A program made the position numbers and the translations under genes. DNA of 64,000 nt from Candidatus Heimdallarchaeota archaeon (lineage in GTDB: Archaea; Asgardarchaeota; Heimdallarchaeia; Hodarchaeales; Hodarchaeaceae): contig JBHLSH010000010.1 in the NCBI GenBank assembly GCA_048881705.1, positions 1 through 64,000 on the forward strand, in the 5' to 3' direction. Under the pieces are notes generated by a model. It was not told the origin of the DNA. It did no database searches and was given only the letters and a program-made list of their open reading frames with translations. Shown here piece after piece: positions 18,738 through 28,851 of this stretch. Positions within the stretch are counted from its first letter, which is position 1; every line of letters starts with the position of its first letter.

Positions 18738-19431
18738 TCCTCCATAGCTCTAATAATTGTTGGTGAAACCAGTAATGGGCTTCATCCCATTCGATTGTAA
18801 CTTTTCTTCCTTTTCTTTTTAAAAGCCCTTGTTGGTATAATCGCAGCGATTCAGGGTAAATTAAGTGTTCTCGTCTAAGATTTCTATCTCCCAAAACCTT
18901 CGGATCTTCCCCTGGGAATACTGGTGTTGTTGCCTGAAGTATTATTGGACCGTGATCCATTTTATTGTCGGCAAAGTGAGTGGTGCAGCCAATCACTCGT
19001 GTACCATAGTCCCATGCATCCTGGACTCCATGCATACCAGCAAACGCGGGAAGAAGTGCTGGATGGATGTTAATAACATCCCAATTATCCAAAAGAATCG
19101 GAGTAACAAAGAGCATGTATCCCGCCATGCAGAGAACATCAATGTGAAAGTCAAGTAAAGTCTTCTTGATCTGAGAATCATATTCCTGCCTGACAGGGTC
19201 AGCCAGGATTTCATCCAGGTCCCCTCCTTTCTGTAATTTTTTCATATTAAGGGGTGGCCTTATCCATATGGACTCTATGTTATGTTTCCTGGCCCGTTCT
19301 AGCGCATAGGCATCTTTCTTATTGCTGATAACTAGAGTTACTTTCGATTCGGGAATGTAGTCGTGTTGACAGGCGTTAATGATTGACTGCAGATTTGAAC
19401 CTCCACCACTAGCTAAAACGCCAATCTTCAT
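18703..19431 (-). CDS. purN: Phosphoribosylglycinamide formyltransferase (folate-dependent)
   Basis: VLASGGGSNLQSII, LCMAGYM, NIHPALLPAF, GCTTHF, DHGPIILQ. Confidence 0.94.
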   Translation of the reverse strand: MKIGVLASGGGSNLQSIINACQHDYIPESKVTLVISNKKDAYALERARKHNIESIWIRPPLNMKKLQKGGDLDEILADPVRQEYDSQIKKTLLDFHIDVLCMAGYMLFVTPILLDNWDVINIHPALLPAFAGMHGVQDAWDYGTRVIGCTTHFADNKMDHGPIILQATTPVFPGEDPKVLGDRNLRREHLIYPESLRLYQQGLLKRKGRKVTIEWDEAHYWFHQQLLELWRNDFHDYYNSRQ

Positions 19432-20291
19432 TCATCCTCAACTCCGTGCAAATGGTTATATGCCTTTAATGTATTATTTATCAAAACTGCAATGGTCATC
19501 GGACCTACACCTCCTGGAGTTGTTGAAAAATGAGAAGCGATTTCAAATACACGGTCCTCGAATTCCCTCTCTTGACGTGTATTGCCACAATCGATCGTGA
19601 CAACACCTTCTTTTAACATAGAAGCTTTAATAAAACACGGTTTTCCTGTTGCTGAAATTACTATATCTGCGGCTTCTAACTCTCTCTCAATATCTGCTTG
19701 ATCCACTACTGAATGGATTTTTGTGACAAACGCATCATTCTGTTCCAGAAGCATTGCGACTGGAGTTCCCAACAGACGTCCTCTTCCCAAAACAACAGCT
19801 TTTTTCCCTTCAATTGGGATATGATAGTGTTTCAGCATTGTCATAATACCTTCTGCTGCACAAGGGACAAAAACATTGGAGTTATAGAGAGATCGCCCAA
19901 TGTTTACATAATTTAAACCATCTACATCCTTTTCCGTTTCTATTATCTCCAAAATTCTGTTCTCATTCCAGTCTGAAGGCAGGGGAAGTTGTACCATTAC
20001 ACCTGTGACGTCGGGATCGTCATTCATCTGTTTGATCTTATCAGTCAGTTCTTCTTGGGAGGGGGGGTTTTTAAAGACATATAGGGAATAGCGGATTCCC
20101 ACTTCGGCACATTTTTTCTCTTTCATTCGCTGATATGTATACAGGCTTGGATCGCTGCCCACAATAATAGCAGCAAGACGAGGATTGTAGTTCTTCTCTT
20201 GAATGTCGTTTTTGACTTGGGACAAGATGATCTTGGATAGTTTATTCCCATCCATGCATTTATGGAGGTTCCCTTCAATGTACGAGGTCAA
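19428..20291 (-). CDS. folD: Methylenetetrahydrofolate dehydrogenase/cyclohydrolase
   Basis: GVMVQLPLP, KDVDG, VPCAAEG, VLGRGRLLGTP, TPGGVGPMT. Confidence 0.93.
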   Translation of the reverse strand: MTSYIEGNLHKCMDGNKLSKIILSQVKNDIQEKNYNPRLAAIIVGSDPSLYTYQRMKEKKCAEVGIRYSLYVFKNPPSQEELTDKIKQMNDDPDVTGVMVQLPLPSDWNENRILEIIETEKDVDGLNYVNIGRSLYNSNVFVPCAAEGIMTMLKHYHIPIEGKKAVVLGRGRLLGTPVAMLLEQNDAFVTKIHSVVDQADIERELEAADIVISATGKPCFIKASMLKEGVVTIDCGNTRQEREFEDRVFEIASHFSTTPGGVGPMTIAVLINNTLKAYNHLHGVEDE

Positions 20292-21121
20292 TATAACCCA
20301 CTTGCTTCCTTCAATCGATTGGTGACTGTACGATACCGTGAAACAAGAGTAGGACCGTATTTCAGTAAAATTTCCGCATATTCAGATTCGTGTATTCCTT
20401 CGAGATATTTTCTGATAAATTCTTTGTCCAAGAAATCAGGATCCGTATCTCGAGGCCCATTTGCCCAAGTTAGTTCCGCCACTCTAAATTCATCGGGTCC
20501 GAAACTGTCGATTAGGCATAGTTGGCCTGAATCAGATACCCCAAATTCGACTTTTCCGTCAATTAGAAATAAATCGGATTTCCGGAATAGATTAGTAAGC
20601 AAATCGGCAACCTTTCTTGCTTTTTTTAGTGCCTGTTTGAATAGATCAAAACCTTTTTCCGCCGATAAACCAGAAAAGGAATTCACCATAATTCCTTTAA
20701 TTTCCTCCTCAGACAGCCCGTAACGGTCCTTGGCTTCCCTCTTGGTACTAACTTCAACAAAAGTTTCAGGGAAAAGAGCATATTCCGACGGGTTCATTCC
20801 GATCGGAAGTTGAAGCTCTCCAAGTTTAGCTCTCTTTAACGCTGATCCCGTTAGCAGATTTCTCATAATGAATTCAAAATCCAGGGGTTGGCATCTGCGT
20901 TGGATAATAGTATTTCCTTGCCCCTCATCCAATAAAGCAGTGGCGACATTATTCCGGGATAAGAATTTGTAAATTATTCGTGTGCAGTCAGCGAGAACTT
21001 GCCCCCTTCCCGGTGTCTCTCCCACAATGCGGTCAAAGGCCGATAATCTGTTCGAAAAAACGAATTCGATGGTGTGATCGCGGATAATTCCGTCTTTATT
21101 TTTCCCGTTGATACGTTCCAT
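20288..21121 (-). CDS. purC: SAICAR synthetase
   Basis: SNRLSAFD, EFIMRNLLTGS, LIDGKVEFG, DSFGPDEFR, LDKEFIR. Confidence 0.92.
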   Translation of the reverse strand: MERINGKNKDGIIRDHTIEFVFSNRLSAFDRIVGETPGRGQVLADCTRIIYKFLSRNNVATALLDEGQGNTIIQRRCQPLDFEFIMRNLLTGSALKRAKLGELQLPIGMNPSEYALFPETFVEVSTKREAKDRYGLSEEEIKGIMVNSFSGLSAEKGFDLFKQALKKARKVADLLTNLFRKSDLFLIDGKVEFGVSDSGQLCLIDSFGPDEFRVAELTWANGPRDTDPDFLDKEFIRKYLEGIHESEYAEILLKYGPTLVSRYRTVTNRLKEASGLY

Positions 21122-21285
21122 TTTACCGCTAATCCCATAATGGGGATGCTCATTGGACAGGAAGCACTTTTAAGACCTGTTTTTAAAAGGATATTGGCCC
21201 TAATTTGGTTCAATTAGCTTAGCGGGATCTGGAGGGAGCAGGAGGCACACATAATACATGCGGGGGTGTACATCCGATATAAATA
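21122..21285 (-). promoter_or_regulatory. TATA box (21278-21285) followed by a long, potentially structured 5' leader of the pur operon
   Basis: TATTTATA about 160 nt upstream of the purC ATG; several inverted repeats in the intervening sequence. Confidence 0.4.
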
Positions 21286-21344
21286 GAACACAGGGGTACT
21301 TTAGAAGAGAGAAATAAGAGCTGTAGCTTATTGGTCATACCAAT

Positions 21345-22385
21345 TTACCCTGAGTCGAAAAAGCGGTCGATCTTGCGAAGAAGAGGCCACACCCAGAAAA
21401 CCAGAGAAATATGGCCTCCAGGATAGGCAAAAAGGGGCCTTTGAAGCATAAGCGCTAGCTCTTGAACACGAGGGAAAGGAACGATTCTGTCGTAGCGGCC
21501 GCCTATTATCGCAGTTTTTTGATTTGTGGTGAAAGGATAAAAGTATTTCATATTACACGCGTACAGGATTTTATACCAGCCTAATAAGCCCTCATTCTTA
21601 AGTTTTGTAACCAAAGATTTCGAGACAGGCGCAATTTTTGGATTTAATCTAAATAGAAAGGGACTAGCCAACGCGGCAATTATCCTAACTGAATCAATGA
21701 ACTGAGAAGATAAAGCGGTTAAGTGTCCTCCCAAGGAAACTCCGAATATCGTGACATTATCGTATTGCTCTTTCAAATATCGAGTGAATATACATATTTC
21801 TTGAATTGATTGGCGGAATGCCTCGAGCATTCGGACTGGATTCCCATTCAAAAAATAGGCACCTGAAAACGGAGAATCTGTGGGTTGTCTAGCATGATGG
21901 TGGGGGAGTTCCATGGCGTATACATCGCTATCAAGCAGCTGGTTAAACATCCAAAAATAGCTCTGTTCGTGAAAAAAGAAAGTTCCTTCTGCATATCCAT
22001 GAATAAACAGTATGCAGTTTTTCTTACTATCCCCCATGTTCTCTTGGTAACGCTGAAGTCGGAGCTGCTTAACGGGATGAAATTTGGGTAACTTCAGTAT
22101 ATCCTTCACAATTGGCTGATACGGTGTTTCAACGGTGGCCTTTGATAGTTGAAATCTTCGTTGGCGTTTTGTGGGCATCCATTCTAATTTGCCGTTATTG
22201 ATCCTTCCTTTTGTATCGAAGAGTTTTCTAGGATTTTTCCTATAAAACGGGAGATATCGCCTTACGGTTTTGGTATCAATAGGGTCATCAATTGTCCCAT
22301 TATTCCTGTATTTGAAAAACGCGATGGCAGGAATGTCCAAGAGATCTGTAGGAACAAAAGGATTCATAATATGGGGGAACCTCAT
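21345..22385 (-). CDS. Alpha/beta hydrolase (DUF2048/ABHD18-like)
   Basis: FIHGY, nucleophile elbow GVSLGG, GGRYDRIVP, YPGGH. Confidence 0.75.
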   Translation of the reverse strand: MRFPHIMNPFVPTDLLDIPAIAFFKYRNNGTIDDPIDTKTVRRYLPFYRKNPRKLFDTKGRINNGKLEWMPTKRQRRFQLSKATVETPYQPIVKDILKLPKFHPVKQLRLQRYQENMGDSKKNCILFIHGYAEGTFFFHEQSYFWMFNQLLDSDVYAMELPHHHARQPTDSPFSGAYFLNGNPVRMLEAFRQSIQEICIFTRYLKEQYDNVTIFGVSLGGHLTALSSQFIDSVRIIAALASPFLFRLNPKIAPVSKSLVTKLKNEGLLGWYKILYACNMKYFYPFTTNQKTAIIGGRYDRIVPFPRVQELALMLQRPLFAYPGGHISLVFWVWPLLRKIDRFFDSG

Positions 22386-22497
22386 AATTCTTTTTCAAAT
22401 TTTAATATGATTTTCAGGTGAGAAATGTTAGGTTTATGGACAAACTACTTATTGTTGGTAAAAGGTCCGAAGTTTATAATTAAGTCTTATCAAATAC

Positions 22498-23001
22498 TTG
22501 GATAGATGTCTAATGGAAGAATATAGTAAAGAATCATACTGGAATGTATTATCCCAGTTAGAAGGGAGATGGGAAGGTGAGACTGATGGAAAATCAGGTT
22601 TAGGAAAAGGAGTAAGGGATTTTTCCCCAATAATTCAAGGAAAATTTTTCCATGGTAAGAATAGAGTCGTTTTTGAACCTCAGGAGAAAAATCCTGAGGG
22701 AGAAGTCCATGAAGACTGGGAATTCTTTAGCTACGATTCAATCAAGAAAATTGGGAAACTAAGAGTATTTTATGGCGAAGGTTATTTTACAGATTATACA
22801 CTTAAAGGTTTGTCTGTTGCAGATAGGGAACTAGTTTTTCTAACGCAGGAAAATGAAAATCTTCCAGATGGCTTTAGAGCACGCATTACATTGAAATTAT
22901 TAAGCGATAACCACCTGAATGATAAGCTCGAACTTGCTAATCCTGGAAAAGACTTTGGTGTGTGTATAGAGAATAACTGGTACAAAGAATCTTCCGTGTA
23001 G
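22498..23001 (+). CDS. Hypothetical beta-barrel (calycin/nitrobindin-like) protein
   Basis: LEGRWEGE start motif and alternating beta-strand pattern; 167 aa. Confidence 0.5.
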   Translation: MDRCLMEEYSKESYWNVLSQLEGRWEGETDGKSGLGKGVRDFSPIIQGKFFHGKNRVVFEPQEKNPEGEVHEDWEFFSYDSIKKIGKLRVFYGEGYFTDYTLKGLSVADRELVFLTQENENLPDGFRARITLKLLSDNHLNDKLELANPGKDFGVCIENNWYKESSV

Positions 23002-23040
23002 CCGATTTAAACTAATGTCTATTCCAAACATCATCAGATC

Positions 23041-26000
23041 TTACCGCGTACTTTGAATAAACGATTTTGTCTTTCTTTGTTCAAGTTCCCATCTTTTTCT
23101 CTCCGAACGAAGTGCAAATAGATCTACTTCCTTGATAATGATTCCTTCTTTTTTGGGGGGCATCATTCTTTCTTTTCTTTCCTTTTCAGGTGTAAATATA
23201 AGAGAATTCCCAAACTCTGCAACATTGGCGAAGAAGCAGTATGCATAAATTGACCTTCGGGCATCAAAATGAGCAGCCTTGAAATCCTCCGTTACTGGAG
23301 TGAATGCTGGATTAATTATTAGATCTACGGGGGGTTCTGAGTTCTTGAGTTCTACCCTCAAATCCATGTCTAAGAAATCTCTGCAGATTGCTATTGCAAT
23401 ACGGCCGTACTCCGTGTTATAGATCAAGGTCTTATGAATCGGGCCACCAACATCGATTTCCTCGGTTACTTTTCTTCCATCTAGGTGAATTACAGCAGGT
23501 ATGTGCTTATTTTGTCTCCATAGGATACCATCAGGACCAATAACTACACTCTGATTATATTTTGTACTTTCATCGTGATAAGATCCAGGAATTATGTACA
23601 TTCCGTACGATTTCGAAAGATTCAAAATCTCATTATAGAGAATCTCATAATTTAGATCAATAGAGAGTTCAGGGAAGATGAGAATATCGACTCCGTCCGT
23701 GTGAGCCCTTGTAATCATATCATTTACTTTAGATAGCATGAATTCAATTTTATTTTGTTTTAGTCTAATTAATCCATTATTTTTTTTATCATAGAATTCA
23801 TTCAGGAAATCTCCATTACTTGAAATACCAATTTGGGCAATACCTACCTTAAAATACCGTTTGTGACTCCTTGGGGAATCTTGAAGATTGTCTTCATAGA
23901 TTAGCCGGTATTCTCTTAGGATTGAAACCCTTCTCGCTTCTTCGGTGAACTTCCGGATTTCGCTCATCCCTGATGGCAGGCTCGAAACACTAAGATTTGT
24001 TGAAACACTCATGCTTTTTGCGCTTCTAGAGATTGAAGGTTCTTTGATAGTGTTAATCGCGGTAACCAAGATTTCCTCTTCTTTTTCAACCATAGATATA
24101 CGAGTCTGAACTTCATTTTCTTTTTCAACGAAGCCGTGTTTCATGAAAAGTTCAGCTGCAGACTTTAGGTAGCTCGAACCTATCCTTAGGAGAGTTTGTT
24201 TTTTATCCAACTCGATTTCTTTATCTGCTTTAATTAGGTGCCAAGTAGCATCGAAATAAGTGGACGTAGCTAAAACCCAACCGGATGCGGTAATAAAATC
24301 TCCTTTTTGGTATAGCGTGGCGGCGGTTCTCAGGAGGGATTTGATTTCAAGGAACAATTTTTCCTTAATCTTGAGATCATTTGATTCGTCAAATTTACAT
24401 CCATTTGCTAGACTTTGACAAAAAAAGGCGTTACCTGAAGCCAAAAATTTTGTTCTGCTGTCTATTAACAGATTATTAGCTCTTTTAAATAATTCTGAGG
24501 CATTTTGGTACTTTTCAGAATCACCGTACTTCTCTGCAGTTATCATATTCTCCCAAGCCCGACATAAATAATTAAAAGCATCAAATTTTCTTTGTTCCCT
24601 CTTGGTTCCAGAACTTATCGGCGTTTCCTTGAACAGAGAAGCCGCCGATTTCATCTGCTCTGCAGCTGGAATAAGATCTCCTTTTTTCCAGAGAATCTGG
24701 GCATGTTCAATTGAGGAACGGGCAGAACTGTAACTAATCCCAAGATTGGTGAGGGAAATCATCTTGTTAACGCGATCTCGCTCTTTATTGTTGTCAATAT
24801 CCTTTATAGCCTGATTGAAAGCATTCAACGCATTTGTATAAGCGACTTGACATCTTAGAAATTCTGATCGAGAATTCTGATAGTTTTCCTTTGAACTCAG
24901 ATATTCGGCTTTTTCTTGTATAGCTAAAGCTTCAAAGTAAGGGGCTTCATAGGAATGGTCAGGCAGATTTATGAGAATTTTGGAAGCCGCCAAATATTCG
25001 GCTTCCGCATTTTGTTGATCTTCTCTTTTATGATGGATTTTAGCACTCTCAATTAATGCCCATGCATTAGTATAGTTGATTTTCTCAACGATTTTTTCCC
25101 TTAATGGTTTATATTCAATTTTTTCTAAAGATTGGGTGTGTTTTTCTCTGGCTTGAACATAATAATCCGTAGAAAAATTGAAATTCCCTAATTTGTCCTC
25201 TATATGAGCTAGGTTCTCTGAAGCGGCAGCTGAGTAAGAAAAATATCCCCTCTCGTTACAATCATTTAATATGCTTTGAAATAGCTCCCTTAACTTTTCC
25301 AAAAGGTTTGATTGACCGGTTATTTCATACAGTTCCTCGTATAAAAGCCCTATTCGAAATCGTGCATTAATGACTCCTACCCGTGATTCGAGAGCGTAAT
25401 CCGCATATTTTTCCATTGCATCTATGGCCCTAGTGAGGTAACCAATTCGATCTTCCTGATCTTTAGAAATTTCTGCCAAGGTTTTGTAACATCGATAAAG
25501 AGAAGAGAAAGCCGAGGCTCGGGCGAATCCTCCTTCGTAATTTTTCGCGAACTTCTCCCCACGTTCCGCGTACTGAAGCATAATTTTGGCATTCTTTTGC
25601 CGTTCAGGTGCACCTGAAGCCAATATGGTCAACTGGGAATATGCCCATGTTTGCATTTGTAGGGGCCATAAAGATATGGGGGAAGAGGGAATTATCCGTA
25701 AACATTCTAGGGCATATTTATTTGCCATTTCCGCAAACTGACGTCTTTGAGAACTAGAAAAAAAACTCCTCTGAGCAAAATTCGCATAAGCAAAAGTAGG
25801 TAAAAAGTTTGCATAAAAATTGAAGTTATTAAAGGACTGATACATTATTCTTGCATTGCTTTCTAAAGCTGCGAGATCGTTCTGAATTCGATTTTGTAGA
25901 TACTCCACTCTACCCCAGAATAATGCCCACCAATCAGTCCAGGCCGTTGTTAAGGTATTAAGCAATTTATTCTTGGTTTTTTTATTCAGTTCTTCGGCCT

Positions 26001-26832
26001 TCCCAAAATAACTAAACCCTAGTTCCGCAAATTTGTTCTGTTCTTTATCGTTTTCTACAAACTGAAATCCATATGTATTGTTAGTCAAACCTGCGACGTG
26101 ATAGCTCATTTCAAGATACATAGGATTATCATTCGATTCAATGATTGGAATCGCTTCTTCAAGTTTGTCGATAGTTTCTTCCTCGCTTCTTTTCCAATAA
26201 TGGTCCTTTTTTGATAATCCTATAAACCACTCATAATATTTCAAAAGATGTTCAGCAAAGAGAGATTGTGAAAGTGAAAAAGCATCTCTCTGCTCTATTG
26301 CAATGTTCCAAATTTTGTCGATTATCTCTCTACCTTCTTGACGTAAGCGATTAATTTCATCTGAACTGTTTCTGTAAGGGATAAGATTTGAAAGCGCCAT
26401 TGCAGCACGTGCATAAGTTCTAATGTAATATTTGGTATCCTTCTCGATCGAAAATCCTTTATTTGCCTTTAAGAAAAGTTCGTATGCCTCCTCAAATGCA
26501 CCCACCATTTCAAGAATAGATGGGCTAATGAATCCATTAGAAAAAGCAGATTCGGCCATACAGACAAATTTCTCTGGAAGAGCATCTATGCGAGAATAAA
26601 GGTTCGCACCTTCGTTATATGACTCCATAGAAGACCTAAAATATTCTTTATATTCATTTGCCGTCTCTGCCGATTCCGCGCATCTAGTATAAACATATCC
26701 TTGTTTATAACAGGCGTTAGCGGCCAATTTCACCTCTTCATTCTTCAAATACTCTTCTTTCAATTGATCATATAGAGCAGCCGCTTTGATCCAGTTTAAG
26801 TTCTTCTCTTCCCGCCTTACTTTTTCTATCAA
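23041..26832 (-). CDS. 1263-aa helical-repeat (TPR/SNAP-like) protein with C-terminal carbon-nitrogen hydrolase (nitrilase-superfamily) domain
   Basis: About 960 aa of Ala/Tyr-rich helical repeats, a Ser-rich linker, then KVGIAQ, IFPELS (Glu), QNKHIP (Lys), AICRDF (Cys); domain approx. 23041-23856. Confidence 0.85.
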   Translation of the reverse strand: MIEKVRREEKNLNWIKAAALYDQLKEEYLKNEEVKLAANACYKQGYVYTRCAESAETANEYKEYFRSSMESYNEGANLYSRIDALPEKFVCMAESAFSNGFISPSILEMVGAFEEAYELFLKANKGFSIEKDTKYYIRTYARAAMALSNLIPYRNSSDEINRLRQEGREIIDKIWNIAIEQRDAFSLSQSLFAEHLLKYYEWFIGLSKKDHYWKRSEEETIDKLEEAIPIIESNDNPMYLEMSYHVAGLTNNTYGFQFVENDKEQNKFAELGFSYFGKAEELNKKTKNKLLNTLTTAWTDWWALFWGRVEYLQNRIQNDLAALESNARIMYQSFNNFNFYANFLPTFAYANFAQRSFFSSSQRRQFAEMANKYALECLRIIPSSPISLWPLQMQTWAYSQLTILASGAPERQKNAKIMLQYAERGEKFAKNYEGGFARASAFSSLYRCYKTLAEISKDQEDRIGYLTRAIDAMEKYADYALESRVGVINARFRIGLLYEELYEITGQSNLLEKLRELFQSILNDCNERGYFSYSAAASENLAHIEDKLGNFNFSTDYYVQAREKHTQSLEKIEYKPLREKIVEKINYTNAWALIESAKIHHKREDQQNAEAEYLAASKILINLPDHSYEAPYFEALAIQEKAEYLSSKENYQNSRSEFLRCQVAYTNALNAFNQAIKDIDNNKERDRVNKMISLTNLGISYSSARSSIEHAQILWKKGDLIPAAEQMKSAASLFKETPISSGTKREQRKFDAFNYLCRAWENMITAEKYGDSEKYQNASELFKRANNLLIDSRTKFLASGNAFFCQSLANGCKFDESNDLKIKEKLFLEIKSLLRTAATLYQKGDFITASGWVLATSTYFDATWHLIKADKEIELDKKQTLLRIGSSYLKSAAELFMKHGFVEKENEVQTRISMVEKEEEILVTAINTIKEPSISRSAKSMSVSTNLSVSSLPSGMSEIRKFTEEARRVSILREYRLIYEDNLQDSPRSHKRYFKVGIAQIGISSNGDFLNEFYDKKNNGLIRLKQNKIEFMLSKVNDMITRAHTDGVDILIFPELSIDLNYEILYNEILNLSKSYGMYIIPGSYHDESTKYNQSVVIGPDGILWRQNKHIPAVIHLDGRKVTEEIDVGGPIHKTLIYNTEYGRIAIAICRDFLDMDLRVELKNSEPPVDLIINPAFTPVTEDFKAAHFDARRSIYAYCFFANVAEFGNSLIFTPEKERKERMMPPKKEGIIIKEVDLFALRSERKRWELEQRKTKSFIQSTR

Positions 26833-27008
26833 AGTTTATCAGCCTTGTAATAAATTATTTCTTCATATAGCGAAATATAAACCTTGTTAACCTTAAGTTA
26901 TAAATTAAGATTAAGATGATTTTTTCGAATAACTCCTAGATTTCGGTGATAGAACGATCAGCTTATTAACTGTTTAAACAGGTTCGTTGCTAAATCAAAG
27001 GGAAGATT

Positions 27009-27812
27009 ATGGTTTGTTATCCAATCCCTAAAAAGAAGTGTGGGGTTAAAATCAAAGATGCCCTAAGGCTTATACCAGACTTGAAAGTCATTAAGGGCGG
27101 TCAAACCAATCGAATTGACCTAGGAGATCCAATTACTTTATTACTATACAATCGATTAATATTGAAAGATTTCTTGAATTTAGATTTTTCAATTCCAAAA
27201 GGGTTTTTGGTTCCAACCATATGCAATCGGTGGGCATTTGTGGATTGGATTCTTCAGGAACATCCGTCCTACGTTCTGGAAGTTGGTACTGGAGCGTCAG
27301 CAATTTTGGCTTTAATGTTTGCTGCAATGGGATGTAAGGTCGTAGCCACAGAAATCAATAAGGATGCTTTTCTTTCCGCTGAAGAGAATGTTGTTCGGAA
27401 CTCATTCCAAGAATTAATCGTTCTCAGATATGTAAAGGATCCGAAACATATTTTGGCAGATCTATTTCAATCAATTGAACAATTCGATGCAGTGGTTTGT
27501 AATCCACCTCAGTATGATCATGAATACTTTCAAAATCAATTACGAAGTAAAAAAGGATTTTTAGGTCAAGAATCAGAACTTGTGGGAGGTATTGAAGGAA
27601 CAGAGTTTTTAAGAAGGTTTTTGAAAGAGGGATCGTCGTATCCCAATTTCCCAGCAATCTATTTTCAGCTATTAAACCCCAAAATATTTACAAAAGTAGG
27701 AGAATTTCTAACCAAGAATGATTTTCACTTTAACGAGAAGAAAATTTCATTTGGAACCCGAACTAGATCCTTTTTCCGAGTATACGGAAAAGGATCTGGA
27801 AAATTCACATAG
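27009..27812 (+). CDS. RlmF/METTL16-family adenine N6 RNA methyltransferase
   Basis: LYNRLILKDFLNLDFSIPKGFLVPTICNR, LEVGTGASAI, ATEIN, CNPPQY, ELVGGIEG. Confidence 0.75.
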   Translation: MVCYPIPKKKCGVKIKDALRLIPDLKVIKGGQTNRIDLGDPITLLLYNRLILKDFLNLDFSIPKGFLVPTICNRWAFVDWILQEHPSYVLEVGTGASAILALMFAAMGCKVVATEINKDAFLSAEENVVRNSFQELIVLRYVKDPKHILADLFQSIEQFDAVVCNPPQYDHEYFQNQLRSKKGFLGQESELVGGIEGTEFLRRFLKEGSSYPNFPAIYFQLLNPKIFTKVGEFLTKNDFHFNEKKISFGTRTRSFFRVYGKGSGKFT

Positions 27813-27842
27813 AAGGCTGGATTTTTGCTCTCATAAACATGA

Positions 27843-28205
27843 TTAACCAACCAATTTGGACGGGGATGAATCAATCGCTTCTTCTAGAATCTCAACTGCT
27901 TTTCTCAGGTGAGGAATAACGATGGAACCACCGACTACTAAGGCAACAGTAAATGCCTCATAGAATTCTTCTTCCGTTACACCTATCTGGTGACACTGAA
28001 GGATGTGGTATGTAATACAGTCATTACAACGTAGCACCATAGACGCAACAAGACCAAGGAGTTCCTTGGTCTTAGATGAAAGCGCTCCATCATAATAGGT
28101 TCGTGTGTCTAGATTGAAGAACCGTTTAATCTCAAGATTCGATTTTTCCAGAATGATCTCGTTCATTTTTTCTCGGTATTGATTAAAATCATCGATTTTC
28201 GACAT
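27843..28205 (-). CDS. Carboxymuconolactone decarboxylase / AhpD-like protein
   Basis: GALSSKTKELLGL, CxxC motif (RCNDCITYH). Confidence 0.85.
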   Translation of the reverse strand: MSKIDDFNQYREKMNEIILEKSNLEIKRFFNLDTRTYYDGALSSKTKELLGLVASMVLRCNDCITYHILQCHQIGVTEEEFYEAFTVALVVGGSIVIPHLRKAVEILEEAIDSSPSKLVG

Positions 28206-28851
28206 CTAATCACCGTTGGTCTGCCTCTCTCCTCGTGCTTTTGTGTACTGTGAGAAATGCTCCATAATCAAGATATGCTAGGTTAATCAAACAATAATTA
28301 ATTACGGGGGTCCTTTGCCATTTTTTTTTCCAATCTCTGTGATTTGTTGCGTTTCTTAATAGATTGAAATTATTAATTACTCCTCCACCTATTTTAAGAA
28401 TGGAAACTGTTGTAAAACAAGGACGGCTGTACAAGGATCGATATTTATAAGGTTGAAATGTAAAAACCTCTTTACTGGCTTATTCATTCCAATTCGTGTA
28501 TGATTCGCATATTTAATGCTAAATAATATTAGTTCAAATGCTGGAACTATCTTCTACCCTTTTAAACTTAGAAATACGTTCTCAGTAGGGTCCCTTTCTT
28601 TTTTAATCACCATAGAACGGGTGGATACGCGTAAAATTACCCAAAAATGGGATTGAATCCCTGAAAAATCTTGTAGATGAATTCTTTGGAAATTAAGTGC
28701 ATCTCAGCCTTTTATCAGTAAATAAATTGGGCAGGGAATCTGACCTGATAAAGAAAGGTTATATCGTCTTACTAGATGAAAATGGCTGGTCATCCTTAAC
28801 TAGCGGAACTAACATAAGGTTCATAATCCTCCTACTTCTCCCACAAACCAG

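Noticed and set aside
23041-26832. Interpretation as an Avs/STAND NLR-like protein or a DRT1 system
   Set aside because: No Walker A/B NTPase motif and no reverse-transcriptase motifs in either nitrilase fusion or their neighbours; the defence analogy remains inference only.
28206-28850. 645-nt spacer with weak short frames (28210..28434; DLIKKGYIVLLDENG fragment near 28740-28800 resembling a winged-helix tail)
   Set aside because: Interrupted by stops with no convincing start; too short to call a pseudogene.
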